From Candidatus Poribacteria bacterium (lineage in GTDB: Bacteria > Poribacteria > WGA-4E > WGA-3G), in the NCBI GenBank assembly GCA_003635255.1, contig PYJC01000107.1, positions 11,367-75,366 of the forward strand: a DNA stretch of 64,000 nucleotides, given 5' to 3'. The position numbers and the translations under genes are program-made. This document shows positions 35,201-44,375 of this stretch, piece after piece. The notes beneath the pieces were generated by a model, which had not been told where the DNA came from, searched no databases, and was given only the letters and a program-made list of their open reading frames with translations. Position 1 is the first letter of the stretch; the number at the start of each line of letters is the position of its first letter.

Positions 35201-36430
35201 GTTAACATCGTCATCAGTGATTTTATATTCCAGAAAGATCTGCTTCAACCAATAGCGATCATATTCACCATCAAGTCGGTCCTGTAATTCTTGGGCTTTT
35301 TCTTCTAACTTAGTCCGCTGATTTGGTGTTACATCTGGCGGAATGGGAATATAAATTTCTTGGAATTTAGTATCCGCGAATCGGTATTTTCCTTCAAAAC
35401 CGTAGCCTTGTCCGCGTCGTGCGCTCCTATCATAGAGCAGTGCCCCGTCGTAACGGCGTTTACGGACAAGGGGCTGAATAATGGAAATGTAGGGACCTTG
35501 GTAGCTATCTGTTCCAAGTTTGACGATTATCTTCGCGACCTTTCCTTTACGGAGATCACGTCGCATCGCGGGGAAATAGAAGAGCGGAAACCCACCAATC
35601 CGCAAAACAATATTCTTGGCGATCAACTCCTGATTCATTCGGACGATGACTTCGGTAACGCTGAAATAATAGTGCGGATGTTTCAGTGAGCAGGTGGTCA
35701 GCGTGGCACCTCGGATATAAGAACGATCTTCACCTATTTTAAAGATTTCACTACCGCCAAAGTACCACGGGTCGCTGTATGTGAATCCGTTGCGGGCAAT
35801 CCCTTTCTTATTTTCGAGGTTGAAGATCAGTTCATCAGAATAGGTTTCTTCGTTACCTACCTTGAGATGGACGTTCCCTGAGGCGCGCATCAGATTTTCG
35901 TCAAAGTCAGCCCAGACATGGTCAGCCCGCAAAATAACATCTTCAAACTTGATGAGGGCATTGCCATGAATTTGAACGAAATTGTCGACAATAGACATAT
36001 CGTCGCCGTCGCCAATTACCATCCCTTCCTCTGGCGTATCTGTTTCTGGATTCAAGCGTGCTGAGGCGGATTCCTCCTCTTCGGACGGATCTGTGGAGGT
36101 GGACTCGGAGGGTTCCGCCTCAACATCTGAAGGTTCCGTTTCAGCGTCGGGGGGTTCCACTTCAACCTCGGGAGGTTTCGTTTCAGCGTCCGGCGGTTCC
36201 GTTTCAACAGTTGGTGGTTCAGTTGATTGGGCATCTTGCGCGATAACCATCTGAGTTGGACTTAGAAAGCACACAACGACCAATAGGAGTGTCGCTATGC
36301 CTGCACGCCTGAACGCTGTTAATACGAGCGAAAGGAGTGCCTGCAATGAGAAGTCTGTTTCGCGAGGACGCATTGTATTGGGGTATTGATGCTGATGACT
36401 GATAGGCAAATCGAACGCGCGCTTGTTCAC
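32273..36430 (-). CDS. lptD: LptD/OstA-like outer-membrane protein with embedded parvulin (PpiC) domain and long acidic low-complexity regions
   Basis: OstA-like N-domain (VQIHGNALIKFEDVILRADHVWADFDENLMRASGNVHLKVGNEETYSDELIFNLENKKG...TTCSLKHPHYYF...GGFPLFYFP). Parvulin signature (DGADFAELAQRNSDH...GGDLGFLARGEI...LQEGEISPIVQTESAFHILK). About 150 aa rich in D/E. The long C-terminal beta-rich region ends ...GRSYF. The start is uncertain (GTG 36430 or ATG 36373). Confidence 0.75.
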   Translation of the reverse strand: MNKRAFDLPISHQHQYPNTMRPRETDFSLQALLSLVLTAFRRAGIATLLLVVVCFLSPTQMVIAQDAQSTEPPTVETEPPDAETKPPEVEVEPPDAETEPSDVEAEPSESTSTDPSEEEESASARLNPETDTPEEGMVIGDGDDMSIVDNFVQIHGNALIKFEDVILRADHVWADFDENLMRASGNVHLKVGNEETYSDELIFNLENKKGIARNGFTYSDPWYFGGSEIFKIGEDRSYIRGATLTTCSLKHPHYYFSVTEVIVRMNQELIAKNIVLRIGGFPLFYFPAMRRDLRKGKVAKIIVKLGTDSYQGPYISIIQPLVRKRRYDGALLYDRSARRGQGYGFEGKYRFADTKFQEIYIPIPPDVTPNQRTKLEEKAQELQDRLDGEYDRYWLKQIFLEYKITDDDVNRAKERVEEVLKELQEDGADFAELAQRNSDHSVTRYEGGDLGFLARGEIDEEGEPKLDPALEAAAFALQEGEISPIVQTESAFHILKADQIVDVYGEREIKLRRIDIAVTPSDDTKDALRVLADDILQRAQQGEPFEQLVQLPEGFTETAQPVLSEVNEGEGLPLNEMESSWQSAVRRLEKPGDVIERRPITMPEGLYVFQLIRKEETPTFETVAEEFEAEWETFYEGVMNPPPEKTEETTETDGTPQDTTEDIQLQKTDTAPAEEAPVQGGDADSMDDEQNVEQHETDDVDNAQNADQNETEADKQNGETPSQSETDSEDLAEAEDTEEGTEENAEEDADGEEVAEDEEEKDAEGEEVAEDEEELKIYRKHGFRGRWEDPSPVASEAQNLYAGDLGRRPIQTKKSFRVIKVDKKRTYRGDLYIYGRDVYSAQRRSAIRTGNRWIMRWAHTHSIYTPWDNRQEGRRPISFTGRSELRSESYKEEYQLPNKSSLYSFAILTYGTGLSTFDLDDLDPNGNLKFSRETIGDITSRLEIRHIHDFTGEGTRSLQKLPQLTVNFSRMRLSAFPFFQTINDRMVTVAEKLETETPFLSMFSFPTLESTSVDLDIELGNFFREVFRRKDGEEERDVFLKTMDLGFDVRKQSTLLITPLRELQLSLNLNSNTVWHDRDQDQNKNIFRSVFSFNGSATNTLFRIYNVRYIPGLTKLRHEIQSSLRYDYQPAVDRDDNLYPFGPSTYFYERKRLTYSFNTAIEIKTRRSQSPHRIMYFDTRLTADFTEFDPLYERQFEPIESDFTIVPLPSRNLNMTLRFTHDPNPHPDDGQQFKMVGFRSNIRYTRKTWNISLGSSFSKRHTARRASRSITATGRYRVSRNLEFDASLIYYPIDGQFYQQRLSMTRNLHDWNLRISWSRIGIKREPPYDNVRQDFTFQVNLIQEPAVSMGVGYDATTETWGIRTVPAGVPYNAFGAGNSLGRSYF

Positions 36431-36437
36431 AGATTTC

Positions 36438-37736
36438 TTACTCTTTCAGATTAATTTTAACATAAGCGTTTTCAAGAAGTTTATCGGTGTAAGCATCCCA
36501 CTCTTCTTGGAACCGCTGTTGGCGAAGTATTACGGTAATCTGTGCCATCTCTGCTTCAGTCAGCCCTGGACTATTTCGCTCATCGAGCCTAAAGATGTGG
36601 AGTCCAGACTCAGTTTCATAGGGTTGACTGTAGGCATTGGATGCTAAGGGTTCAACGACTGCTCGCGTTTTAGGATTGAGTTCCGATAAAGAACGGATTC
36701 CGAGGTCTCCACCGTTTTCCCGCGTCTCATTATCGTCAGAATGTAGTAATGCGAGTTTACTAAAATCCTCGCCAGCCTCTAATTTTGTGTGAACATCGGT
36801 AGCATGTTTACGCGCTTCTTGTATCGCTGCTGGACTGGTTGTTAATGGGACGATGAAATACCGGAATGCGATCATCTGGTCGTTCTTCTTTTCGACGGTG
36901 AACACGTAGAGTCCTTTATCTGCTTCAACAGGTTCACTGAGCGTCCCTATCGCCAAATCTGTTAATGAATCCTGAAAGAGTTTCGGGAATTTACTAAATT
37001 CTTCGGTGGACGCTTCTACGAGGCCTCCCGCCTGCTTAGAGGCATCGTAACGCTGTGCGATTTCTTCAAACGTAGCGTTACCTGTCTCGATCTGATTACG
37101 CGCTTTTGTGACGTTTTCATAAGCGGCATCGCGATCGGCTTGATTCGGTTTAAAGGCGATGAAAATGTGTCGTAAATGTACCTTATCTGCTTTAGTCGGT
37201 AATTGGTCGCGATTCTCTTCAAAAAATTTTTGGATTTCGCTATCCCGTATCTGCAATCTGGGGACGATTCTACCCATGACAAGTCTTTCGGTTTTAAGAT
37301 TCCGCTCCGATTGCTCACGAAATGCTATGAGCGTCATGCCTTCTCGATTTAACTGTCTTTTAAATTCCTCATCGGTCTCAATCTGGTACCTGTCTTTGAA
37401 GTCTTTTATGTACTGCTCAATCTCTGTGTCAGTGACAGTGATTTTTAGCGTTAACGCCGCTTCCAAAAGCAACATTTGCCGGATAAGTCTGTCCAATAGT
37501 TCGCTTCTTTGTCGTTCAGCCTCGTTGATTGCCTCACGCTGGCTAAAGCGATAGACCTGTTGAAGTTCCATTGCACGCTGGTTTACTAAGACATCAAGTT
37601 CGCGCTTGGTAACAACATCATCGTTGACATAAGCGATGATTCTATCAAAAGTGCGAGCATGAACGCTTGAGATTCCACCACCGATAAGTAGGGCAATCAA
37701 TGTGAGATAGACTGCTTTTTTGCAAATCATGGGCAT
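36438..37736 (-). CDS. SurA-like periplasmic chaperone / peptidyl-prolyl isomerase
   Basis: Signal peptide, SurA_N-like helical region (IIAYVNDDVVTKRELD...) and a C-terminal parvulin domain (FSKLALLHSDDNETRENGGDLG...ESGLHIFRL). Confidence 0.8.
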   Translation of the reverse strand: MPMICKKAVYLTLIALLIGGGISSVHARTFDRIIAYVNDDVVTKRELDVLVNQRAMELQQVYRFSQREAINEAERQRSELLDRLIRQMLLLEAALTLKITVTDTEIEQYIKDFKDRYQIETDEEFKRQLNREGMTLIAFREQSERNLKTERLVMGRIVPRLQIRDSEIQKFFEENRDQLPTKADKVHLRHIFIAFKPNQADRDAAYENVTKARNQIETGNATFEEIAQRYDASKQAGGLVEASTEEFSKFPKLFQDSLTDLAIGTLSEPVEADKGLYVFTVEKKNDQMIAFRYFIVPLTTSPAAIQEARKHATDVHTKLEAGEDFSKLALLHSDDNETRENGGDLGIRSLSELNPKTRAVVEPLASNAYSQPYETESGLHIFRLDERNSPGLTEAEMAQITVILRQQRFQEEWDAYTDKLLENAYVKINLKE

Positions 37737-37790
37737 GCTCCTTTATGGATGTGGCGCGATCGGTAACCGCGCCACACTTAGGGTATAAAA

Positions 37791-38807
37791 CTATTCCTCT
37801 GGTTCTGCCGCTTCTGGCTCCGTTTCCGCTGGCGGCTCTGCTTCAGGTTCCGCCTCTGGAATCCGATCAATATAGGTTTTGACCTCGGCGCGCTCGCGGA
37901 GTTGTTTAACCCATGCCACCATAAGTGCGTCCCGTTTTTCGCGCTCAACCTTGCGTTCTACACTCTTACGGACATCCTCATCCTCAAAGGGTTTTTGATA
38001 TTCATCGCGAGCCTCGTCCTTACGGAACATCATGTAGTATTTCTGTCCTTGGACCTCAACTTCGATAACATCATCGTGGACTTTACCGATTTCAGCAGCA
38101 AACGCTGCGTCTAAGAACGGCTCCGTTCCGGGTGGATAGGCATCTCGACCGAAATAATCGGTATCACCAGGAGAGGATGCATTTGCGCCGGGACCGACAA
38201 GTTCACCTCGGTCCGAGAGTTCTTGTGCCACTTCGGTGATGTCTTTACCGGCTTTAATCTCTGCGGAAACTTCATCGGCACGCTCTTCATCTATCAGCGT
38301 AATACATAAAAGCCGCACTTGCGCCGGGCGGACATAATCCGCTTTGTTTGCCTCATAGTGTGCCAGATAGTCATCTTCAGTTAAGACGAGTTTGTCATCA
38401 ACTTCTTGAGTGGTAATCTTCTTAACCATTAACTCATGAAGATAGTCCTGAACTTTTTTGAGGATTTCGGCATCTTCGTTGAGTTTTTGGTCGCGAGCGA
38501 GATTGAGAATTAAGCGACTCTCCGCCATAAGGAGCATGTAAGTTTCGAGTCCCGATTTGTCCTGATATTGCCGTTGCTTATATTCCGGGAGTTCGCTAAT
38601 CTCTTGCAACATTTCCTCAAGGGTGATGTGGTGTTTCCCATTCCACTCAAATTCAGCGATAACTGTTCCGTCAGCACCGATTGCTTTGTCGCTACAACTA
38701 TAAAAGACGGGGTGTGTGGCAAGGATCCCGAGTAAAAGTAAAGAGATAACGGGAAGTCGGGGCTTGCAATCCATTTTGCCCATAAATAAGGCAATTCTTT
38801 TAAACAT
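37791..38807 (-). CDS. PpiC/SurA-type lipoprotein (degenerate parvulin), acidic P/E-rich tail
   Basis: Lipobox-like VFYSC after the start at ATG 38807 (RBS AGGAG). AEIKAGKDITEVAQELSDRGELVGPG... is parvulin-like. The tail is IPEAEPEAEPPAETEPEAAEPEE. Confidence 0.7.
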   Translation of the reverse strand: MFKRIALFMGKMDCKPRLPVISLLLLGILATHPVFYSCSDKAIGADGTVIAEFEWNGKHHITLEEMLQEISELPEYKQRQYQDKSGLETYMLLMAESRLILNLARDQKLNEDAEILKKVQDYLHELMVKKITTQEVDDKLVLTEDDYLAHYEANKADYVRPAQVRLLCITLIDEERADEVSAEIKAGKDITEVAQELSDRGELVGPGANASSPGDTDYFGRDAYPPGTEPFLDAAFAAEIGKVHDDVIEVEVQGQKYYMMFRKDEARDEYQKPFEDEDVRKSVERKVEREKRDALMVAWVKQLRERAEVKTYIDRIPEAEPEAEPPAETEPEAAEPEE

Positions 38808-38877
38808 TTTCAATTCTAACTCCTTTTCTCGACCTATCATTGTGGTTACAGATGTTGCTTCCAAAAATCGGAATAGG

Positions 38878-39846
38878 CTACTGTTCTGATTCCTCGGTCT
38901 CCGCTTCTTCGGGTTGTGGCGGCTCAGGAATATTCCCAGGATAGGTTTTCAGTTTGCCTTTTTCAGTGATTTCGGCAACCCAATCATTGATACGCTCACG
39001 TTTCTTTGTCCGCTCAACTGTTCTTTCGATATCGTCTTTGACTTCATCGAATTCCTGCTGTCGTTCCGGCTGATGCTCCTCCTTACGGAAGATGAGATAG
39101 AAGGTTTCGTCGTTGACATCCGTTTCAAAGACGGTATCCGTCATTTCGCCGACTTCTTGTGCGAAAACAGCCTCAATGAACTCCTCCCAACGTGCTGAGG
39201 TAGCCTTTGTGAAGAAACCGGTATTCCCTGGATCATCTTGATTAACGCCGGGTCCGTTCACGAATTTTCCGGCTTCAGTGAGCTCTTTCGCCATCTCAAC
39301 GATATTTTTTCCGGCTTTAATAGCGTCGAGTGTCTCGTTGGCAAGATCCTCATCGTCGAGCGTGATACAGGTTGCCCGAACCTTTTCGGCCTCAATGTAC
39401 TCGCTCAGGTTCGCCTGATAGTGTGCCATGAGGTCTCCATCCGAATAGACCACCTTGGCATCAACTTCCGCTTCAGTCAATTTCTCAACCATGAGTTGGT
39501 GCGTATAGTCTTCGAGTTTCTTGAGGTGCTCAGGGAGTTTATCAAACCCCTCTTCAGTTGCGCGAAGAATTTTGAGCCGTTCGTCTATCAATTCTTCAAG
39601 ATACTCGGCTTTGTCCGCGCGGCTTTTATAATTCTGCTGGCGGTAAATCGGCAATTCTGCGATTGCAGCGTTCAGATCCGCCAACGAGATTTGATGTGAT
39701 TCGCCATTCCATTTATACGCTGCTATAATTACCTGGTTCTCGTCCATAGCAGGCGCGGGCTGTTCATGACCATCAGACTGAACGAACTTCCAAGTTAATA
39801 AACAGGTCATGGCGACAACTACAAAAATAGTAATCGTTTTTTTCAT
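38878..39846 (-). CDS. PpiC/SurA-type protein, paralog of the previous gene
   Basis: Same architecture as the previous gene (DAIKAGKNIVEMAKELTEAGKFVNGPG...; tail IPEPPQPEEAETEESEQ), with an N-terminal signal/anchor. Confidence 0.7.
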   Translation of the reverse strand: MKKTITIFVVVAMTCLLTWKFVQSDGHEQPAPAMDENQVIIAAYKWNGESHQISLADLNAAIAELPIYRQQNYKSRADKAEYLEELIDERLKILRATEEGFDKLPEHLKKLEDYTHQLMVEKLTEAEVDAKVVYSDGDLMAHYQANLSEYIEAEKVRATCITLDDEDLANETLDAIKAGKNIVEMAKELTEAGKFVNGPGVNQDDPGNTGFFTKATSARWEEFIEAVFAQEVGEMTDTVFETDVNDETFYLIFRKEEHQPERQQEFDEVKDDIERTVERTKKRERINDWVAEITEKGKLKTYPGNIPEPPQPEEAETEESEQ

Positions 39847-39995
39847 ATTTTTAATGTTCCTTGCGGTTCGGTCAGGTCGGTTTGGGAAATGAAGGGTCTT
39901 TCCGTATATCCAGCCTGCCCGTTAGTTAGGCTTACGCGCTTTGGATCAGGCGCGTAGCACGTCTTTTTTCGCTGAACTTTCGTCTTTAAGATGAC

Positions 39996-42900
39996 TCAAC
40001 AAAACAGTTTGAGGGTTTGTTGCAATTCGGTTAATACATTCGCCCCCGTCATTCCCGGCATCCGAATTTTAAGTTGTGCCGGCGGTTGGAGTTGGAGGTC
40101 ATCATTTTTGTGGATTATATCAACGAATTTCTTCACATTAATTCGAGGTTTCTGCTCGTCAAAGGTAACTTTTACTTGCTCCTTCCCAGCAACAATAGCG
40201 ATTATGCCGAGGTTTTGGCTGAGTTGCTTTACACTGGCGATTTCGAGTAACATCTCAGCGGGCTCGGGAATCGCACCATACCGGTCCTGAAGTTCTTCAC
40301 GGAGTTCCTTGAGTGCCGCGTTGTCCTTCAAGCCAGCAATTTTCTTATAGATGGACACCTTCTGGCGGCTATCGGGAACATAGTCATCAGGAAGATAGGC
40401 TTCAACGGGTAGACTGATCCGTGTTTCAAAGGTCTCCTCAATTTTTTCACCTTTTAGTGCCATGACTGCTGCCTCAAGGAGTTGGCAGTAAAGTTCATAA
40501 CCGACAGTAACAATATGCCCATGCTGTTCTGCGCCGAGTATATTCCCGGTGCCACGGATTTCCAAATCCCGGAGGGCTATTTTAAAACCTGAACCGAGAT
40601 CCGTGAATTCTTCAATAACCCGCAGCCGTTTTTGCGCGCCTTCAGTAATCGCCCGGTCTTTCGGATAGAATAGATACCCGTAAGCCTGTGTGGTGGCGCG
40701 TCCGACACGCCCGCGCAGCTGATAAAGTTGTGCTAAACCGAGTGCGTCTGCTCGATTAATCAGAATAGTATTAACGTTGGGAATATCCAATCCCGATTCA
40801 ATAATCATTGTACAAACGAGGATATCGTGCTTATGGCGGACGAACTCCAACATAACGGTCTCTAATTCCCGTTCTGGCATCTGTCCGTGTGCGACAGCAA
40901 TACGCGCGTCCGGTAGAAGTTGTTGAAGCGTTAATGCAATATTTTGAATATTTTCAACACGGTTATGGACGAAAAAAACCTGTCCATCGCGGGCTAATTC
41001 TGCTGTGATCGCCTCCCGAATGACTTCAACATCATAAGGCATTACATACGTCTGAATCGGCAATCGATCTGCTGGTGGCGTATTAATGATACTAAAATCT
41101 CGGATACCGACAAGCGACATGTGGAGTGTCCGTGGAATCGGTGTAGCAGTCAATGTAAGTACGTCAATCGTCTCTTTGAATTGTTTAATCTTCTCCTTAT
41201 GCTTAACGCCGAAGCGATGCTCCTCATCAACGACCAAAAGCCCAAGGTTGTCAAATTTCACAGTCTTAGAAAGCAGGCTATGCGTCCCGATAACGACATC
41301 AACAGTGCCGTCCGCCAATCCTTCCTTAATCTGTTTTATCTCTTTGGGCGTACGGAATCGGTTCAACATCTCAACATGGACAGGAAAAGACTGAAAACGT
41401 TTTTCAAAGGTGTCGTAATGTTGAAGCGCGAGAATCGTTGTAGGGACAAGCACGGCTACCTGCTTTTCGGACATAACGGCTTTGAACGCAGCACGCAACG
41501 CCACCTCTGTTTTTCCGTAGCCGACATCTCCACAGACGAGCCTATCCATTGGACGTTCACCCTCCATATCAGCCTTAACGTCCTCAATCGCTTGGAGTTG
41601 GTCATCGGTCTCCTGATAAGGGAAGAGTGCCTCAAATTCGGTTTGCCACGGCACCTCCGGCGGAAAACTGTATCCTTTCCGCGCTTGCCGAAGCGCATAC
41701 AAATTAAGGAGTTCATCTGCCATCTGCTCAACCGATTGCTTGACCCGCTCCTTTCGCCGACTCCACGATGCACCACCGAGTCGATCTACGCGAGGTTTAT
41801 ATGCGTTGTCTTTACTGCCGACATATTTCTGAACGAGGTCTACTTGATATGTAGGCACATAGAGGGTATTGTCATCGCTGTATTTGAGAATAAGAAAATC
41901 TTGGGATTTGCCATCAATTGCCAATCGACGTATCCCCTCATAAACAGCGATCCCGTGAGAAACGTGGACGACATAGTCCCCAACTTTCAGATCAATTAGG
42001 CTCAGAATTGGTGTCCCGTCTGTAGGTGGACGTCGCCGGATTGGACGCTGCTGACGATTCCCGAAGAGTTCACCTTCAGAAATAACGATAAGGTTTAACG
42101 CTTCGTTGTGAAACCCACTACTGATTGCGCCGACACTGATGTCAATATCCGAGAGAAATAATTCGCGCTCGGCTAAAATCTCAGTTACACGCTTCGATTG
42201 CTGTGGCGTTTCACAGAAAAGATAAACCCGATTTCCCTTCTCTGCCCATGTTTTAACCTGATCGATGATAGTTTGATAGTTTCCAGATGGTAACGCAAGC
42301 GGTTTCATCTCAAAATCCAGTAGCACCAATTTACTATCTACGACTTCACGCGGCGGTGCCAAAGACAGTGATACGACTGGATACCTCTCTAACTGCGCGC
42401 TAAGGGTCTCATACGGTGTTAAGAGTTGATCTGGTGGCACCATAAGCACCGATTCTGCGAGTTTCTTTTCATGCAGCTCCTGCGTCCGTTCATGCATTTG
42501 CGATGCTTCTCGTTTTTGCCATTGTGGCTCTATTAAACAGACGATTGTATCTTCTGATAGATAGTCAGTAAGTGTCCCTGTTTCAGGAACGAGCATTGGC
42601 AAAAATGCCTCTATTGCGTCGCTGAACAGGGATTCTTGAAATAGGTATTCGGAGGTCACCGCTTTCGTTAAATTATCCGTTATTTCCCGCACAGTGTTTA
42701 CAAGTTGTGGTGTTGCGTGTCCCTGAAGAAGTGCGTCTACCTGTGCCTGCCAATGTTCAACTGATATATCGTCAACCAGGACTTCTCGCAGCGGTGTAAC
42801 GGTGACGGATTCAAGAGGTTCCGTTGAGCGTTGCGATATCGGATCAAAAGCGCGGATCGCATCAATTTCATCTCCGAAAAACTCAACGCGTGTCGGGACA

Positions 42901-43496
42901 TCAGCCGTGAGTGGATAGACATCAAGGATGTCACCTCTGCGCGCAAACTCTCCTTTAACTTCCACCAACTCAACGTTTTGGTACCCGCCACGGATAAGCA
43001 TCGCAGCGACAGCGTCTGGCTCCACCTCATCGCCGAGATCGAGTCTACAACAAGCATCGGCAAAACGCTGCCGCAACGGAAGTTTGTAAAGCATTGCCTG
43101 GCTTGTGGTTACAACAACACTTCGTTCACCTTGTAGTAGATGTTCCAGACACCGAATGCGATCCACGACAATGCTTTTAAGAGGGGCAATGCCATCAAAA
43201 ATTTTGCGATTCCAACCGGGGAAGAGATTAATACCGGACTGTGAGGCAGCGGTAGGTGTAGCTTCTGAAGTCGGGGATGCCCGGTATGTAGAGATTTCCG
43301 CCATCACCTGTTCGGCTTCACGCTGTGAGGGAAGCACAATCAAGAAGGATTTTTCGGGAAAATCGTCAATGAGCGTTGCTAAAAGATACGCAGCCGATGC
43401 GTTCGCCAATCCTCTGAGCCACGGTAACTTTTTGCCGTCCTTGAGACGTGCCGCCAGTGTTTGGTAATTTTCAGTTTTGCGTAAAAGTTCTATCAC
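39996..43496 (-). CDS. mfd: Transcription-repair coupling factor
   Basis: 1166 aa. UvrB-homology N-terminus, RNAP-interaction domain (GDYVVHVSHGIAVYEG), SF2 translocase (GDVGYGKTEVALRAAF, LLVVDEEHRFG) and a C-terminal autoinhibitory domain. Confidence 0.95.
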   Translation of the reverse strand: MIELLRKTENYQTLAARLKDGKKLPWLRGLANASAAYLLATLIDDFPEKSFLIVLPSQREAEQVMAEISTYRASPTSEATPTAASQSGINLFPGWNRKIFDGIAPLKSIVVDRIRCLEHLLQGERSVVVTTSQAMLYKLPLRQRFADACCRLDLGDEVEPDAVAAMLIRGGYQNVELVEVKGEFARRGDILDVYPLTADVPTRVEFFGDEIDAIRAFDPISQRSTEPLESVTVTPLREVLVDDISVEHWQAQVDALLQGHATPQLVNTVREITDNLTKAVTSEYLFQESLFSDAIEAFLPMLVPETGTLTDYLSEDTIVCLIEPQWQKREASQMHERTQELHEKKLAESVLMVPPDQLLTPYETLSAQLERYPVVSLSLAPPREVVDSKLVLLDFEMKPLALPSGNYQTIIDQVKTWAEKGNRVYLFCETPQQSKRVTEILAERELFLSDIDISVGAISSGFHNEALNLIVISEGELFGNRQQRPIRRRPPTDGTPILSLIDLKVGDYVVHVSHGIAVYEGIRRLAIDGKSQDFLILKYSDDNTLYVPTYQVDLVQKYVGSKDNAYKPRVDRLGGASWSRRKERVKQSVEQMADELLNLYALRQARKGYSFPPEVPWQTEFEALFPYQETDDQLQAIEDVKADMEGERPMDRLVCGDVGYGKTEVALRAAFKAVMSEKQVAVLVPTTILALQHYDTFEKRFQSFPVHVEMLNRFRTPKEIKQIKEGLADGTVDVVIGTHSLLSKTVKFDNLGLLVVDEEHRFGVKHKEKIKQFKETIDVLTLTATPIPRTLHMSLVGIRDFSIINTPPADRLPIQTYVMPYDVEVIREAITAELARDGQVFFVHNRVENIQNIALTLQQLLPDARIAVAHGQMPERELETVMLEFVRHKHDILVCTMIIESGLDIPNVNTILINRADALGLAQLYQLRGRVGRATTQAYGYLFYPKDRAITEGAQKRLRVIEEFTDLGSGFKIALRDLEIRGTGNILGAEQHGHIVTVGYELYCQLLEAAVMALKGEKIEETFETRISLPVEAYLPDDYVPDSRQKVSIYKKIAGLKDNAALKELREELQDRYGAIPEPAEMLLEIASVKQLSQNLGIIAIVAGKEQVKVTFDEQKPRINVKKFVDIIHKNDDLQLQPPAQLKIRMPGMTGANVLTELQQTLKLFC

Positions 43497-43556
43497 TGCT
43501 ATTTCCTTGACAAGCCACTGGGGGTATCGCGGCTACCAAATGTTTGTTCCGAAATC

Positions 43557-44324
43557 CTAATTCGCCACCTCAACATCGGTTAAAGTAGCTTTGATCGCGC
43601 CTATTTTGCTCTCTGTCTCAATTTTGACAGGTAACCGTCGTTTATCATCTGTAATCCAGAAGCGGCCGCCTTCTGATGTTCGTAACACAATTGTTCTAAC
43701 ATTACCTAATTTTTTATTTTTAACGAACTCTCTGCGTTCAACGGTGAGTGTCGCTTTCAACACTTTTCCTTTAACGAGCAGCGGGAAGAAATAGGTTTCA
43801 CCGAGCACAAGTTGCTTAGAACGTAGGAAGTAGATAAGCGAGAGTTCATCTTGTGTGCCGGGTGGTATTTCCAGTACCTTTGTCTCGCGTTTTTCCGGTG
43901 CTTTTGGTTTTGGACGCGATATCTTTTCATATTCCGCTTTACCCTCACGGAAATTAATTTTGACAATCCCTTGATATTTTCGGTCCTGTACATAATTCTG
44001 AAAGCGGGTCGGTGAAAGCGTTGTCGGATTTAGATACGTTTCTTGCTGATTCTGGAACTTATAGAACCTGAAAAGTGCACGAGTTTTCATTTCAGATTGG
44101 ATACGATAAACATCTGCACCATTAATGACTTTTTCTTCAACAATCCAGTCTGTCCGTTTGCCAGCGGGCAATTTTTTCAAACTAATACTGTATGTTAATT
44201 TTTCACCGACTTGAAGAGGGCTCGGGACAATGTCCTTGGCATCAACAAGAAACAGAGAATTATCGCTTAAGGCGATGTTCCCGATGAAGAGCAGCGCAAA
44301 GATTAGATATTTTGCATAACGCAC
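43557..44324 (-). CDS. Secreted DUF3108-like protein
   Basis: Signal peptide and a beta-rich 255-aa protein (LTYSISLKKLPAGKRTDWIVEEKVINGADVYRIQSEMKT...). It resembles DUF3108, but this is not verified. Confidence 0.5.
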   Translation of the reverse strand: MRYAKYLIFALLFIGNIALSDNSLFLVDAKDIVPSPLQVGEKLTYSISLKKLPAGKRTDWIVEEKVINGADVYRIQSEMKTRALFRFYKFQNQQETYLNPTTLSPTRFQNYVQDRKYQGIVKINFREGKAEYEKISRPKPKAPEKRETKVLEIPPGTQDELSLIYFLRSKQLVLGETYFFPLLVKGKVLKATLTVERREFVKNKKLGNVRTIVLRTSEGGRFWITDDKRRLPVKIETESKIGAIKATLTDVEVAN

Positions 44325-44375
44325 GCTTTTGTCCTCGCAATTGGTGTGTTGAGATAAAAGTCTTCTGCGCCAATT

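Noticed and set aside
39933-39969. Hairpin TACGCGC-N10-GCGCGTA followed by a T6 run, as an intrinsic terminator after mfd
   Set aside because: The T-run is on the plus strand and 7 nt from the stem, while both neighbouring genes are on the minus strand. At best it is a weak or irrelevant terminator, so it is recorded only as a hairpin.
41121-41999. Long antisense ORFs: 41121..41999 (+, 292 aa) in mfd, 10446..11129 and 12074..12394 in the permease genes, 50295..51170 opposite tnpB, 2275..3069 opposite the molybdoenzyme, 27172..27843 opposite hsdM, and 58707..59255, 60637..61209 and 61986..62417 opposite the DUF5694 genes
   Set aside because: Each lies wholly inside a confidently recognised gene on the other strand. 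Their products are low-complexity or Arg/Ser/Cys-rich with no motifs. These are typical shadow ORFs.
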